A stretch of 64,000 bases of DNA from Eledone cirrhosa (Eukaryota). Shown piece by piece: positions 51,570 through 64,000 of this stretch. Within the stretch, counting starts at the first letter, position 1; every line of letters begins with the position of its first letter. The notes below the pieces were generated by a model. It saw nothing but the letters and a program-made list of their open reading frames with translations. It ran no database searches and was not told where the DNA came from. The stretch covers positions 18,352,001 through 18,416,000 of the forward strand of contig OZ024747.1 in the NCBI GenBank assembly GCA_964016885.1, written 5' to 3'. Made by a program: the position numbers and the translations under genes.

Positions 51570-52115
51570 GAAAGCCAAGGTCATTTCACCCGCAGGGAAG
51601 GTGATGGCCTCGGTTTTGGGGGATGCAAAAAGCATTGTGTTTATCGACTATCTTCAAAAAAGCCACACCATCAATGGAGAGCACTATGCCAACTTGCTAA
51701 GGCAGTTACAAAAGGTTATCAAGACCCAATGCCTGGGAAAACTGACGAAAGGGATTTTTTTTCATCAGGACAATGCTCCAGCACACAAGTCCTTGATTTC
51801 AATAGCTGCTGTGTGTGACTGTGACATCAAACTGGTTGATGATCCTCCCTATTCTCCTGATTTGGCCCCATCTGACTATCATCTGTTCTCCAACATGAAA
51901 AAACACTTGTTTGGGAACAAGTATCACAGTGATGATGAGGTCATATCTGCTCTTGATCTTTTTGACTAACAGAGTGAAAGCTTTTTCACCAAGGGGATCC
52001 AAGCATTACAACACTTCTGGAAGAAGTGTGTAGAGTGCAGGGGGGACTATGTTGAAAAATGAACTTCTGTGAGAGTATCTTGATTAGCCTTTGAATGTTT
52101 TAGCCGATCCTCATA
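51570..52115 (+). mobile_element. Mariner (DD34D) transposase C-terminal fragment, pseudogenised
   Basis: GKVMASV..FHQDNAPAH..PPYSPDLAPSDYHLF..KKCVECRGDYVEK; in-frame stop at about 51967. Confidence 0.9.
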
Positions 52116-53172
52116 ATTAGTAATTGAAATAGTCCTTTCATTTCGTCATTTTCCAGCTCAAAGAATTAGTGTAAGCCCATCTTTTCTGAAGCACCTGGAT
52201 ATGAGCAAATGGCAAAGAGGCATTTTTATTTTATAAAAAAGCTGAGCACGTAAAACTACAATGTTTTTAATAAGTTATATGTAAGTTTATGTAAAAATGT
52301 ATTCTGTTATTTATCATTATTGGACAAATTTCAAATTTAATAAAGTAATGAAAAACAAACTAAATTTAATATAAATGTAAAGTAATGTTATAAATGCACA
52401 AATATTTAAAAATAAACATCTATTTATTTTAAATATGTTATAAAATACACATATATACAAAGCCATTGTCCATAGAAAAAGGATATGGAAACTGTTGAAG
52501 TTTACCTTTATATCAAGTATAGGGCCGCTAGAAAATCTGCCACTGGTTCCAACCATGATATGGACAATGGGAGGTTACCTTAATAACTTCTGTTACAGAA
52601 TCAAAATAAATATAACTCCTTTAGAATTTAGAAAACAATTGAACGTACATAATATAATAATTTTCCAGTTTCCGTAATACTCATTTTAAACAACTATCTT
52701 CCTCTTCACCCACTTATTTATGAAGGGTTCGTGGGGGTGGAGTCCTCAAACACCCCTTCCAGTGGGTCCTGTCAGAAGCAACCGTCTCAAACTGATCCGA
52801 ATGGATTCCCAAGGGAGACCAGCCAAGCTCATGGATGTTATCCAACCCATCTTGCTCGGAATCTACCCCCTGGGTCTCCTGCCAGTTGGTTTTGCTCGTA
52901 AAATCTGTCCAGCGATTCTTTCCTAACCACATGCCCATAGTATCGAAGCTGTGATTCGGATATAATAAATTAAATATTGTAATATTAGAATAACAATATA
53001 ATAAATTAAATATCGTAAAATTAGAATAATAATAAAATAAATGAAAAGATTATCTTAAGTTTTCTAAATCGTCTATTACTATTTCGTTTTCTGTTACAAG
53101 GGTGAAAACCCGTCAGTCAAATTTGTGATTGTTATCTCCCTTGTGTTTTTATATTCTTCTTTAATTGCAAAC

Positions 53173-53281
53173 ATGGCGAGTGGAGGTTCGGCAGGAATTC
53201 CACCTAATTTCAAACCTATCCAACATTATTTAAAGATTTCCGATGAACATAGTAACAGGGATCAAGTAGTTTCATATTACT
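53173..53281 (+). CDS. VTA1: Vacuolar protein sorting-associated protein VTA1 homolog, exon 1
   Basis: MASGGSAGIPPNFKPIQHYLKISDEHSNRDQVVSYYC|gtaaga; N-terminal MIT1 region. Confidence 0.93.
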
Positions 53282-53474
53282 GTAAGAATCTTTTGAATTT
53301 ACTTTCTTATAATGATTCGTCGTCTTTATTATCGTTTCCGCTTTCTTACTTTTGAACATTCTGTTGAAATACGTCATGTTTAAAAAAAAACCTTCACCGG
53401 AGTTGTTTTGTTTACTACGCTTTGTTATTATCACTTACTTTATTTCTTGCAAACCACGTATCGTATTTAAACTT

Positions 53475-53523
<49 letters not shown>

Positions 53524-54479
53524 TATATATGTGTGTGTGTGCAGGATTGTTTCCGTAAATCACGAGCAATAAGTGATGGGAACTTTATAGAAATAACCAA
53601 CTGGTTGATAAGTATTTAAGTCTTCTAGAACCAGAAATAATTACCTAGAAAATTATACCCATCGATCTATCTACCTATCTATCTGAAGATATGTGTGCGA
53701 TCACTGAATGGGAAACTACCAAGTTAATAGACATATTCAACTTCAGGCTTATGAATAAACAAGTATCATACAATCTTTACCACTTTATATGGATGATTTT
53801 TACACTACATGTTATAACTATATGTTAATGTGTGTATATATATATAGTCATAACAACAGAATTATTTCCAGCATTTTACTTGACGACAAAGTTACTTTCA
53901 AGCATTACATAATTATAGTTGTATATATATATATATATATATATATAGTGTGTGCGTGTGTAATTATACATACATGAATGTTCAAGCAATCAACTGTACA
54001 CTATTATTTTTTATTCTTTTACTGATTTCAGTCATTACACTGTGTATTATCTAATGTATTCCTTAATCGATTAAAGAGGTCTGACTATAGATTGGGGCGT
54101 TTCTCCATTCGAGTATATATAGTCGCCCACTGGATATTTTCTTTAATTTACAATGCAATGTGACGTAAAACAACATTCCTTCATATAACGTTGTGTTATT
54201 GTCTAGTGACAAGTCAGCAGACCTATATTTAAAATTGTTAGTTTTGACCATCCGGTTTTCTTTTTAGGAGTATCTAGGACCACAATATTTATTTTGTTTG
54301 TCCAGTTTGGCTGTTATTCCTAAGAGGCGGAACGATCATTTAAAGTTTTCCTCGATGACTCGGTTTATGTTTTGTTATGATTTGTTTACTATAATGAAGA
54401 AGAGGTAAAATTAGTAATGTTGTTCAGAAGGACATTACAAATATAATGTCTAAACCGTGTATAAAAATATAATAATATA

Positions 54480-54765
54480 AATTTATTGAATAAAAATTAT
54501 AAAGAAAAGAAATAAGAAGGAAAAAAAGGGGGTGGGCGCAATTCACCATTAAGTGCGATAATCGGCCGCACCTCACACCTTAGGGGTTAACTACACAATT
54601 GAGGCAAGCCAACACGCTCGCAGCATTAGCACGGGTGATGGCGAGGCTAAGGCGCTGAAATAACCAGACACACTCACGGGCATCACCTGACACTTCAGTA
54701 AAGTGAGTCGCCCCTGATAAGAACTTCGCTGTCAGCGAACAAGTAATGTTGTTCCACTTCAATTC
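54480..54765 (-). mobile_element. CRE-like retroelement 3' fragment
   Basis: SGDARECVWLFQRLSLAITRANAASVLAC. Confidence 0.65.
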
Positions 54766-57382
54766 AAACCTATAATCACCGGCATTCTAACCGCGATCAT
54801 CCTGTCTTACCTTAAAAAATAACATAGCTTTCCTTGTTTATCACAGTAGGGTGTGATTTGAGGGAGATTTGGCTGCTATTTCTTGCTAGTTGAACTACTG
54901 CGTAGAAGTGTCTTTCTTAATCTTATTGGCTCTATTGGTATTGTTATTTATGTTGTGGCAAGTGTCACATTGTCGAATTAATTCCTTGATAGATGAATTT
55001 GTAATGCCGGTTTCTCCCCTAAGTACCATTCTATATAGCTTAGGTTGATTACGTTCTTTCGGGAAATACACCACCTCATTCCATGGAAATTCAAACTCGT
55101 GTGCTTGTTGTCACTGTAGTCTCAGATTCTACTTATATATTCTTTGGACTGCTATTGGGATTCGCACTTTGTTGTTATTGTTCTTGACTGAAGATAAATA
55201 CATTGGTAAATATATATAGATAGACAGTCAGACAAACATAGAGACATGTAAGTAGGTAGGTGGATGGCTAGATAGCTTGATAGATAACTTGGTAGATATA
55301 TAAATATACAGGTAAATAGATAAATAGATAGAAAGATACATAGAGAGTTAGGTAGATAGACTGACAGAAGAACAGATAGCTAGAGAGGTAGATAGACAGA
55401 CAAACAAATAGGTAGACTGAGAGACAGATAGATAGAGAAATAGATCGATATTGTTTTATTGTCCCAAGATAATATGTATAAATAAATATGTGCATGTATT
55501 TATAAATATGATTGTATAGATAGACTGACAGACATAAGTAGATAGACAGATGTGGTTGATGTGGTTATTGTCCAAAAATAATATGTATAAGTATCATCAT
55601 CATTTTACGTCCACTCTTCCCTCCTTGCAAGAGTGGGACGGGTCCTATTCAGCACAGCATCTCTCCACTTGTCACGGTCCTTCGTCATCTCCTCCGTGTG
55701 TCTCAGCGATCTGAGGTCTGCTCTCACCACCTCTCTAAACTTCTTCCAGCCCATCCTTATTCTAGATACTATGGCCTCGGAACACCCCCCTCCCATGCTA
55801 ATCTGATCACACCTACGTACCGGAAGCTATCAACCACTTCTATAGAACCCACCTGCATTGGAAAAATGTGTCTATCAGTGTGATTACTACTGCCAATTTT
55901 CCCTGTACATCTACTGCGTATGTAGTTTTCCCTACCTGTTAGTTTGCCTGCTATCCCACTACATCTCTTGTGTATGTGTGTATAAATTAGTATATATATA
56001 TATATGTCAGTATGGATACACTGTAAGGTAGGTGGTGACACAGTAAAAAGTGCCCAGCCCACATTGTAAAGTGGTCGTGTAGGTGTAATGACAAAAAGCA
56101 CCCAGTGGTCACTGTAAATGAGGTTGGCATTAGGAAGGGCATCCAGCTGTAGAAACCAAGCCAAAATCAATTCTGAATGAGCAAGACATGGTCACCTGAC
56201 CTAGCATTGCCCACAACAGGACAACTTGTCTAACCCATGCGTGGAAAAATGTATGTTAAATGGTGATGATGATATATAAATATATGTCTGTGTCAAATAT
56301 ATATTGACAGTAATTACAAACATCTAATATCTAATACTTATTCAGGCACATGTGTTGACATTCACATGAAACAGAAATGAGACAACTAGACAAAAAGTTC
56401 TGTTTTTTTTATACTCTTTTATTTGATCACTTCCTGAATGCATAAAGTGGTTGTCACATACATGCCTACCGTATTTTATTATAATGATATATATATATAT
56501 ATATATATATGCTACATGCTGTGAAGTGGTTGGCATTAGGAAGGGCATCCTGCTGTAGAAACTATGCTAGAATAAAATGTATGAACAAGATGCAATCATT
56601 TGAATTGTTTAACCTCTATATGTAACAATCCATTTAACCCATGCAAGCATGGAAAATAGATGTAAAACAGTAATGATGATGATGATATAAGTATGTGTGT
56701 GTGTTTGTTTATTTCTGTCATTCCTTTGCATATGATATCATTAGCACAGGCAGGGATGTTTATGTCCTGCATGAACAGAAATCCCAGAGTTCAGTGGTTA
56801 GATGTGCAAAGATCCATATCTAACTTAAAAAAAAAAACAAAAAAAAACAATACAAATAGACAAATGAGAGTTGGCACGAGGAAAGGTATCCAGCAGTATA
56901 ATGCAGCCTCAAAAAATCTCATCCAATTAATGTCAGCATAGAAAAGTGGATGTAAAAGCAATAATGCTGATAATGACAGTGGATTATAGAAAATAGTGTT
57001 TTATTTCAAAGGCTACAGCAATGCAAAATGGAACATTAACCCTTTAGCATTTACATTACTCTATACTTACTATTGTATTTTCACAGTAAACACTTTATTT
57101 CATATAATATCCCACATAATATCTAATCTACGAGATTTTTTATATTGTTTATTTTGAGAACAATACCTTAAGATAAGTATGAGCAGCTGGTCGCATCCAA
57201 TTTGAATAGAAAGAGGTGAGAGAATTCTGGCTGGATACGGCCACTTTAAATCCTGAAGGGTTAAATGTTAACAAAACTATAGTTGTATTTTGAAGTAAAA
57301 TAAAGTGTGTGTCAGCTACTGGGTGTTGAGTTCTAGTTTGTTATTGATTTGGGGTTTGAGTTTTGTATTCTTTTCATGACAG

Positions 57383-57477
57383 GTCAGCTGTATGCCTTTC
57401 AAAAAGCAATGGGAATTGATAAGAAGTCTCCAGATTGTAGGGACTATTTGATGACACTAATGGACTCTCTAGAAATG
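57383..57477 (+). CDS. VTA1: VTA1 exon 2
   Basis: acag|CQLYAFQKAMGIDKKSPDCRDYLMTLMDSLEM|gtatgt; 95 nt. Confidence 0.93.
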
Positions 57478-57914
57478 GTATGTGCTGTTTGTTTATTTAC
57501 TAGAGTGTCAGATATGTGGCTAATTTTGGGAATATACTTTTGCCACTAGCTGGCCTAAGTGGTTAGGGTGTTGGACTCACAATGATATGGTTGTGTGTAC
57601 AATTTCCAGTTCAAGTAGCATGTTGTGTTCTTGAACAAGACACATTTCACATGGCTTTTTGTGGTATGTTCCCTCTTCTATCATTAAAACATTCAAGAAA
57701 CTTCTTATGAGATGCAACCTAAAATAAGATTAGATAAACAAAGCTCCCATTTGGATACTTGCTATGATTTATGTTATCAATAAAAAAAAGCATCAGATAA
57801 ACGCCATTGCAGTATTTGTTTTGGCTCTTTACATTTGGCGTTCAAATCCTATTGAGGTCGAAAAAATTAAAGTACTATTCAAGTACTGGGGCTGATGTAT
57901 ATATATATATATAT

Positions 57915-58740
57915 AATTATTTAATGTATAATATTATTTAATGTATAATATTATTTAATGTATAATAAACAATACAATATAATTACATCATTACCAAAGG
58001 TTTCCCGAATGAGACGAATACAAGAAACGTCCGCATTCATTCGTCAGACAAGGCAATTTAAAACATAGTGAAATATTTGAAAAATCTCCTCAAGAAAGGC
58101 TAAAAGTTTAACAGGCAAAAAATAAATAAAAGTAATAATACAAGAAATATAGTAAGGGGCTGTGTGTATATGCACATGTGTATGTTTATACGAATGCGTC
58201 CTTTCATCCTTGTATGTGTATATATTTCAGCCCTTAGTCACTAAGTCTATGTATGCTAACTCCATTATCTTACAATTTCTATTTTCAACATATATATATG
58301 TATTTGTGGTCACACATACACTAATATGTTTGCCCTCATGTATGTACTTATGCACACTTTTTTTCACTATACACATGCATTTGTACATACACACACATGT
58401 ACATATGTATGTGCATATACACACATTTAGACACATCCCCTTACTATATATTATTTTTATTTTTTATACATTTCTTGTATTATTACTTTTATTTATTTTT
58501 TGCCCGTTAAACTTTTAGCCTTTCTTGAGGAGATTTTTCAAATATTTCACTATGTTTTAAATTGCCTTGTCTGACGAACGAATGCAGACGTTTCTTGTAT
58601 TCGTCTTATTCGGGAAACCTTTGGTAATGAGGTAATTATATTGTATTGTTTATTATACATTAAATATTTAGCTTTGTAACTTACATAGAGCACTCTTCAT
58701 TCCTCTGACTTTTTTAATTTTCAACGGAAACTTCAATACT
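57915..58740. mobile_element. Inverted-repeat element (about 215-235-bp arms, about 265-bp CA/TG-rich spacer) with a hammerhead in each arm, flanked by (TA)n
   Basis: Arms at about 57952-58165 and 58431-58666 are near-perfect reverse complements. Confidence 0.8.
58560..58637 (+). ncRNA. Minimal type I hammerhead ribozyme motif (sense to VTA1 intron 2); inverted copy at 57981-58058
   Basis: Stem I aattgccttgt/atgaggtaatt (11 bp with wobbles); CTGACGA at 58571; stem II cgaat..agacg/cgtct..attcg; GAAAC at 58614; stem III ACC-ttt-GGT; triplet GTA. Confidence 0.72.
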
Positions 58741-59389
58741 ATATATATATATATATTTCTGTATATATGTATCTTGTTTTTTAGAATAGGTATACTATAT
58801 AGCTGCATACCATAAGCAGTGCCAAAAACGGGCTGACATCAGGAAGGACATCCAGCTGTAAAACATTGTCTCAAATCATCCCAGCCAACCCATGCCATAT
58901 ATTTTTAAACATGGTCATAAAAGTGATGATGATTAATTTGGTATTTAATTCAATGAGAATATTTTTGGCATTGCAAAGGATATGGAAAAACAGAGACTAC
59001 ACAGTAGAAATTATACTAACAGATTGTTTAAATGATGATGATGATGATTTTTTTTCTTGTGTGAAATTATCTTCCAATTTGTAATTTACTTAAGCAGAAT
59101 ATTTAGTTAGTAGAAATAACAATAACAGACTAACTGAACTATAGTAATTACAAATTACAAGTAAATGACAAAGGCTCTGTACTCAACTTGCTTGAAGTAG
59201 CAGCCAAATCTTCCTCAAATCATGTAGTCCTAGAGAAACTATTTTTGGTAAAAAAATGGATGGCCATAGCTTTGATCATAATGCTGTTCAGTTGTGGCTG
59301 GTCTGGGGTTAAACAATTACAAAACTTTATCAATTATAGTAATTAGATTTGTCATTTTACTTTCTGAGTTCAAATCCTAATGGAGGAGG

Positions 59390-59598
59390 ACAACTTTGCC
59401 AGTATTATTCAGAGGTCAACTTTACCAGTAATATTCAGAGGTCAACTTTACCAGTAATATTCAGAGGTCAACTTTACCACTATTATTCAGAGGTCAACGT
59501 TACCATTAATATTCAGAGGTCAACTTTACCAGTAATATTCAGAGGTCAACTTTGCCAGTAATATTCAGAGGTCAATTTTGCCATTATTATTCAGAGGT
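59390..59598 (+). repeat. 26-bp minisatellite, about 8 copies
   Basis: TATTCAGAGGTCAACTTTACCAGTAA repeated with period 26 (59406, 59432 ... 59588). Confidence 0.95.
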
Positions 59599-59876
59599 CT
59601 GTTCTAATCTATTATTGAAGACATTTCCAGAATAATCATCTGGTCTTGTTTTCAGATACAGGGCTTTTTGGAATACATTATCCAATGTTTCCTTTCTTTA
59701 AGACAATAGAGTGTGATTCATGGGAAATTTAGTTGTGATGCTCTAATCAGCATTTTCTTTTGTTGTTTTTATCAATACAAAGAAAAATATTTTACATTTT
59801 TTTTTCTCTTTTATGTTTCCTTTCACATTAATCCATGTATTTTAAATGTTTTACCTTTGTGTCTTGATACAACTAG

Positions 59877-60004
59877 CTGAAACAGCAATTAGTTGATAAT
59901 GATGCCATCAAGTCCGAAACAGTTGGGCAAGCATATTTGGAGGACTATGCTCTCAAGTTTTTCATTGTGGCTGACAACAAAGACAGAGCTGCTCAGTTTG
60001 ATAA
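59877..60004 (+). CDS. VTA1: VTA1 exon 3 (gene continues beyond the window)
   Basis: ctag|LKQQLVDNDAIKSETVGQAYLEDYALKFFIVADNKDRAAQFDK|gtatgt; 128 nt. Confidence 0.93.
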
Positions 60005-60059
60005 GTATGTATTGTTTGTAGCCCCCAAAATTTTGTCTAATAAATGTATATATATATAT

Positions 60060-60452
60060 ATATTATTCAAAATGTTAACAAATGAAAAATATTCTCATAA
60101 TCAAAATATATATTTTATTATACATATTTAAAAGGTACAATGGTGTTTAAGTACATTTTCATCAGACAAAATATAAGATTTGATATGCGACATACCGCTA
60201 CGGTTTTGATTATTCAATTCCAGTATTGGCACATATCAAATCATATATTTTGTCTGATGAAAACGTACTTAAACATCATTGTACCTTTGAAATATGTATA
60301 ATAAAATATATATTTTGATTATGAGAATATTTTTCATTTGTTAACATTTTGAATAATATTAAAAACTCCAGGAAAATAGTCTGTCGAGTGCTTCTAATCT
60401 ATTGTAATTTTGTATTCGTTGAGTAATCAATGAACTATACTAATCTTTGGTT
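60060..60452. mobile_element. Fold-back element (about 128-bp arms, about 44-nt spacer) with an inverted hammerhead pair, flanked by (TA)n
   Basis: Arms at 60060-60187 and 60232-60359; the right arm extends about 90 bp further to the second (TA)n tract. Confidence 0.8.
60243..60311 (+). ncRNA. Minimal type I hammerhead ribozyme motif (sense to VTA1 intron 3)
   Basis: atatattttgt-CTGATGA(60254)-aaa.gtac/gtac.ttt-GAAAT(60289)-atgt-ATA-ataaaatatat. Confidence 0.72.
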
Positions 60453-60656
60453 ATATATATATATACATATGAAGGGCATCCAACTGTAGAAAACCTGCCA
60501 GACAGTCCTATGCGAGCAAGACAATCACTCTTGCCTCAAGTGGGACTACCCCCGTCGAAACCCATGCAAGCGTGGAACACGGACGTTAAACGTTGATGAT
60601 GATGATGATATATCATCATCATCATCATCGTTTAATGTCCATCTTCCACGCTTATG

Positions 60657-61104
60657 AAGGCGCATAGCTTAGTGGTTAGAGCATTGGGCTTGCAATCGAA
60701 AGGTTGTGAATTCAATTCTCGGACCGTGTGATGTGTTGTTTCCTTGAGCAAGACACTTTATTTCACATTGCTCCAGTTTACTCAGCTGTAGAAATGAGAT
60801 GATAGGACTGGGGTCCCTATCATTCCACTGCAAAGTGGTTGTGGAGGTGCCACGGCAAAAAAAGCACCCAGCCCACACTGTAAAGTAGACGTGTAGGAAC
60901 CACGGAAAAAAGACACCCAGCACTCACTGTAAATGAGGTTGGTGTTAGGAAGGGCATCCAGCTGTAGAAATCAAGCCAGAATCAGTTCCTGTATGAGCAA
61001 GACAAGGTCAGCTGACCGGACACTGCCCACAACAGGACAACCCGTCTACCCATGCTAGCGTGGAAGAACGGACGTAAAACGGTGGTGGTGATGATGATGA
61101 TGAT
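60657..61104 (+). mobile_element. Second tRNA-derived SINE family with an RTE-type 3' end and (GAT)n tail
   Basis: GCTTAGTGG A box, GTTCAATTC-type B box, CCTTGAGCAAGACACTT core, AGGAAGGGCATCCAGCTGTAGAAA, CCCATGCTAGCGTGGAA..(GAT)n; near-identical minus copies at 11137-11481 and 32868-33211. Confidence 0.85.
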
Positions 61105-62477
61105 AGTTCAAGAATAGACAAGACAAATACAGAGATATAAAAACTCAATGTCTTATTAGTTTCATTTGTAAATGAGTGTTCCAACGTGTTGGACACACAC
61201 ACACACACATATACATATATGAAGGTCAGATTGCATGATGCATGTATACGAACAGCAGTGTAGGATGGTAGTGAGACCTGGGTGCTGTGTGCAGAAGACC
61301 TGCGAAGATTGGAAAGAAATGAAGCTTGCATGCTTCAATGGATGTGTAATAGTAACACATGAACGTCAAAGCATAAATGAACTGAGAAAGAAACTGGGCA
61401 TAAGAGGGATCAGATGCAGTGTGCAGGAGAGGAGATTGCGTTGGATGGACATGTGATGCATATGAAGGATGACAGCTGTATGAAAAGGTGCAGAGTGCTC
61501 AAAGTTGATGGAAGCTATAAAGTAGGAAGACTTGGGATGAGATGATAAAAGCTGACCTTGCCCAATTGCACCTCTGAAAGGTGATGACACTAGGTTGAGA
61601 TTTCTGGCGTTATACAGTAATATAGATGTTATGATATTGATGGTGTCCAAGGGAAAGACAACACCAAAACAGTTAAGTATCTGTTATGTTGCAGTCAGGA
61701 CTCAAACATCTAGAACAGTCACCTCAAGACATCCCATCCAACACTTTAACAGTTCTGCTAAATCTTTGAATTGGTACTTTTTCATTCCCCACCCCTAGTT
61801 ACTCCTTTTATTAATCTGATATCACCAAGGTATGTCATTTAATGTCTATACTTGAAAAGTTTTATCCAGTAAACAGGCCCACAGCCCAAACTCTGTCCCG
61901 TCCTAGGCCTAGAATCTCTCCCTTCTGTGACCCAAGAGTCATTGTTTTTTTCTTCCTTTTCCTCATTTATGGCATTTATAGTCCTTTCCTCTAACCCCCC
62001 ACCCCCCTCGGACAGTCAGATCTGTCCTTATTTACCCCGTCACCTTTTTCTCATTACTTAATTTTGTTTTTATCTTACTTTTTCATATTTATGTAATTAT
62101 CAATGGTTTTTCAGCCAACTTTCTGAGTGAAACACATGTATTGAGAATAAACACTTAATCTCTCCTGGCAATCAGAGAGAGTGTGTGTGTGTGTGCGCCC
62201 TGGCTGCACCGCTTCTAGACACCTGAACAAGGTAGACATCAGTTGAACTGAGTGACTGACTGAGTGTTGGAATGGAATGACATGGCAGTTAATCCACAAT
62301 GTTGTGGGAAGGGTAGTATGTTGACAAACTTCTCAGCTGTCAGAAGAAATGGGAGTAGTAAGTTAGTATAAGAAAGACAGTTAAGAGGAGGGAGTGGGAA
62401 TCTCTGATAATACCTGCCTGTCTAGTGTTGCCTGACTACAATGCGGGAGTGTCAATTTATATCTTTGAAAGGAATAA

Positions 62478-62704
62478 TTAACTCTTAACGTCCTGCACCT
62501 CATGAAACCACATTGGCAAAATATTCTTGAAAAATACAAAAACTATACTATGACTGCATTACATCAAAAATTAAAGTCTTTGCTTTAGTTTACTGCACAT
62601 TTTCACAGCAATCTGTCTACTAGTAAATATACTATAAACATTTGTATTAATAGACATATTTTTAGATATTTTCTGCTAAATCATTATAGGATGTTAAGAG
62701 TTAA
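62478..62704. mobile_element. TTAA MITE family C
   Basis: TTAACTCTTAACGTCCT..AGGATGTTAAGAGTTAA; decayed second copy at about 63275-63456. Confidence 0.7.
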
Positions 62705-64000
62705 ACACTTAAACACATAGGTGCAGGCATGGCTGAGTGGTTAATAACTTCATTTTGGAACCACTTGATTTTAGGTTCAATCCTACTGCATGGCACTTTG
62801 GGAAAATGTCTTCCCTATTATGGCCTCAGGAACTGATAAATGCTTTGTGAGTGAATTTGGTAGATTAAACATATAAGGAATCCTGTTGTACACATGCACA
62901 CATGTGATAACACTCAATACATTCTAGAAAGTGGTTAGTGATCTGAAGGGCATCCAGCTGTAGAAAAATTATCAAGCAAAGTCATGACAACCTCCCCAGT
63001 GGTGATGCCATGATAAAATGCACCCAATACACTCAGCTGAGTGACATGATCACTGCTTAAAATATTCATAGTGAAATATAAAATACTGAAGTGGCTATGT
63101 AAAGGCTCCATCTTTAGCTCCTAATACTTAGTTTGTTGTTGCTTTTGTTTAGACCTAGGTCATTTCTGTTTAAATAGATATGTGATCAAAACTGTTCAAA
63201 CATTGATACCCACCCCTATCTTTTTAGGGGTATCTAGGTCTGCAATATCTAATGTAACATTTCCTTTAATTATGCTTAACATCTTCTACTGAATGACTAC
63301 ATTAACTTCTCAAAAAGTACAAAACCGCACTTTGACTGCATCACATTACAAATTGAAGATGTTTTTAGTCTAATACTGTAAAGTTTTAGTACGATCTGTC
63401 CACTAGTAATTGTTTTCAGGTATTTTCTGCTAAACCATTACAGAGTGTTGAGAGTAAAAAAGACAGTTAACCCTTCTTATACCAAATCACTTGGAATACC
63501 CTCAGTTTTATTATGGAAAACTGCTCATTTTAAAGTGTTCATACTTATATTAAAATCTTCCATCATAATTTTATGTAAGAACTTTTGTTAAGTTATGCTC
63601 CAAACATCAGCTTAATAATGAGAAAATTGATTATGTTATTAAACTCCTCCAAATTCTTGATTATTTTTAAATGTCACATCCTTGATATTCCGCTTAATCA
63701 AAACAAGGAAGGTTGAGAGGTTGTCTGTGTCTGCTTGTGACTGTTATAGGGACTTATAACCCTTAGTGAAAGCATGGTACATACTATCAAATCATACTCT
63801 GTAGTGAGAGATGTGTGTAGTTTTGTAGTTTTAGTTATTCATTAGAAATATGGTAATGAAAGAGTTAAAGAATAACAAATTCTTCTTCATATTTTATCTG
63901 AATTAGGAACTTGGTGAAGATGTTTTATACAGCAGGATTGTTGTTTGATGTGTTGGCTGTCTTTGGAGAAATAGATGAAGAAGTGAGTTATTTTGAAGTT

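Noticed and set aside
59390-59598. CRISPR-like regular repeats
   Set aside because: Units are contiguous with no unique spacers, there are no cas genes, the context is a eukaryotic intron, and the unit derives from a SINE.
60560-60655. Palindrome around (GAT)n(ATC)n
   Set aside because: Explained by two SINE 3' tails meeting tail-to-tail.

Overview
AT-rich, repeat-dense animal genomic DNA. The SINE, RTE, CR1 and microsatellite content looks like a coleoid cephalopod (Octopus-like); this is my inference. Three spliced + strand genes can be built by hand: a PHOSPHO1/2-family HAD phosphatase (about 771-3847), a complete 11-exon PHGDH (16807-31680, 537 aa), and the first three exons of VTA1 (53173-60004, continuing past the window). 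The remainder is mobile DNA: tandem tRNA-derived SINEs, RTE/CR1/CRE fragments, a young Tx1/L1-like LINE with an 18-bp TSD, a Penelope GIY-YIG fragment, a mariner fragment, TTAA (piggyBac-like) MITEs and non-autonomous Helitrons. The most striking signal is a set of short non-coding fold-back elements with unrelated arm sequences, each inserted in a (TA)n tract and carrying an inverted pair of minimal type I hammerhead ribozyme motifs (about 6.3, 47.1, 58.0-58.7 and 60.1-60.4 kb). Solo hammerhead motifs occur at 27.6, 40.0 and 47.5 kb. Two of the pairs lie in VTA1 introns. All structures were paired by eye; no folding or database search was run, and most repeat boundaries are approximate.
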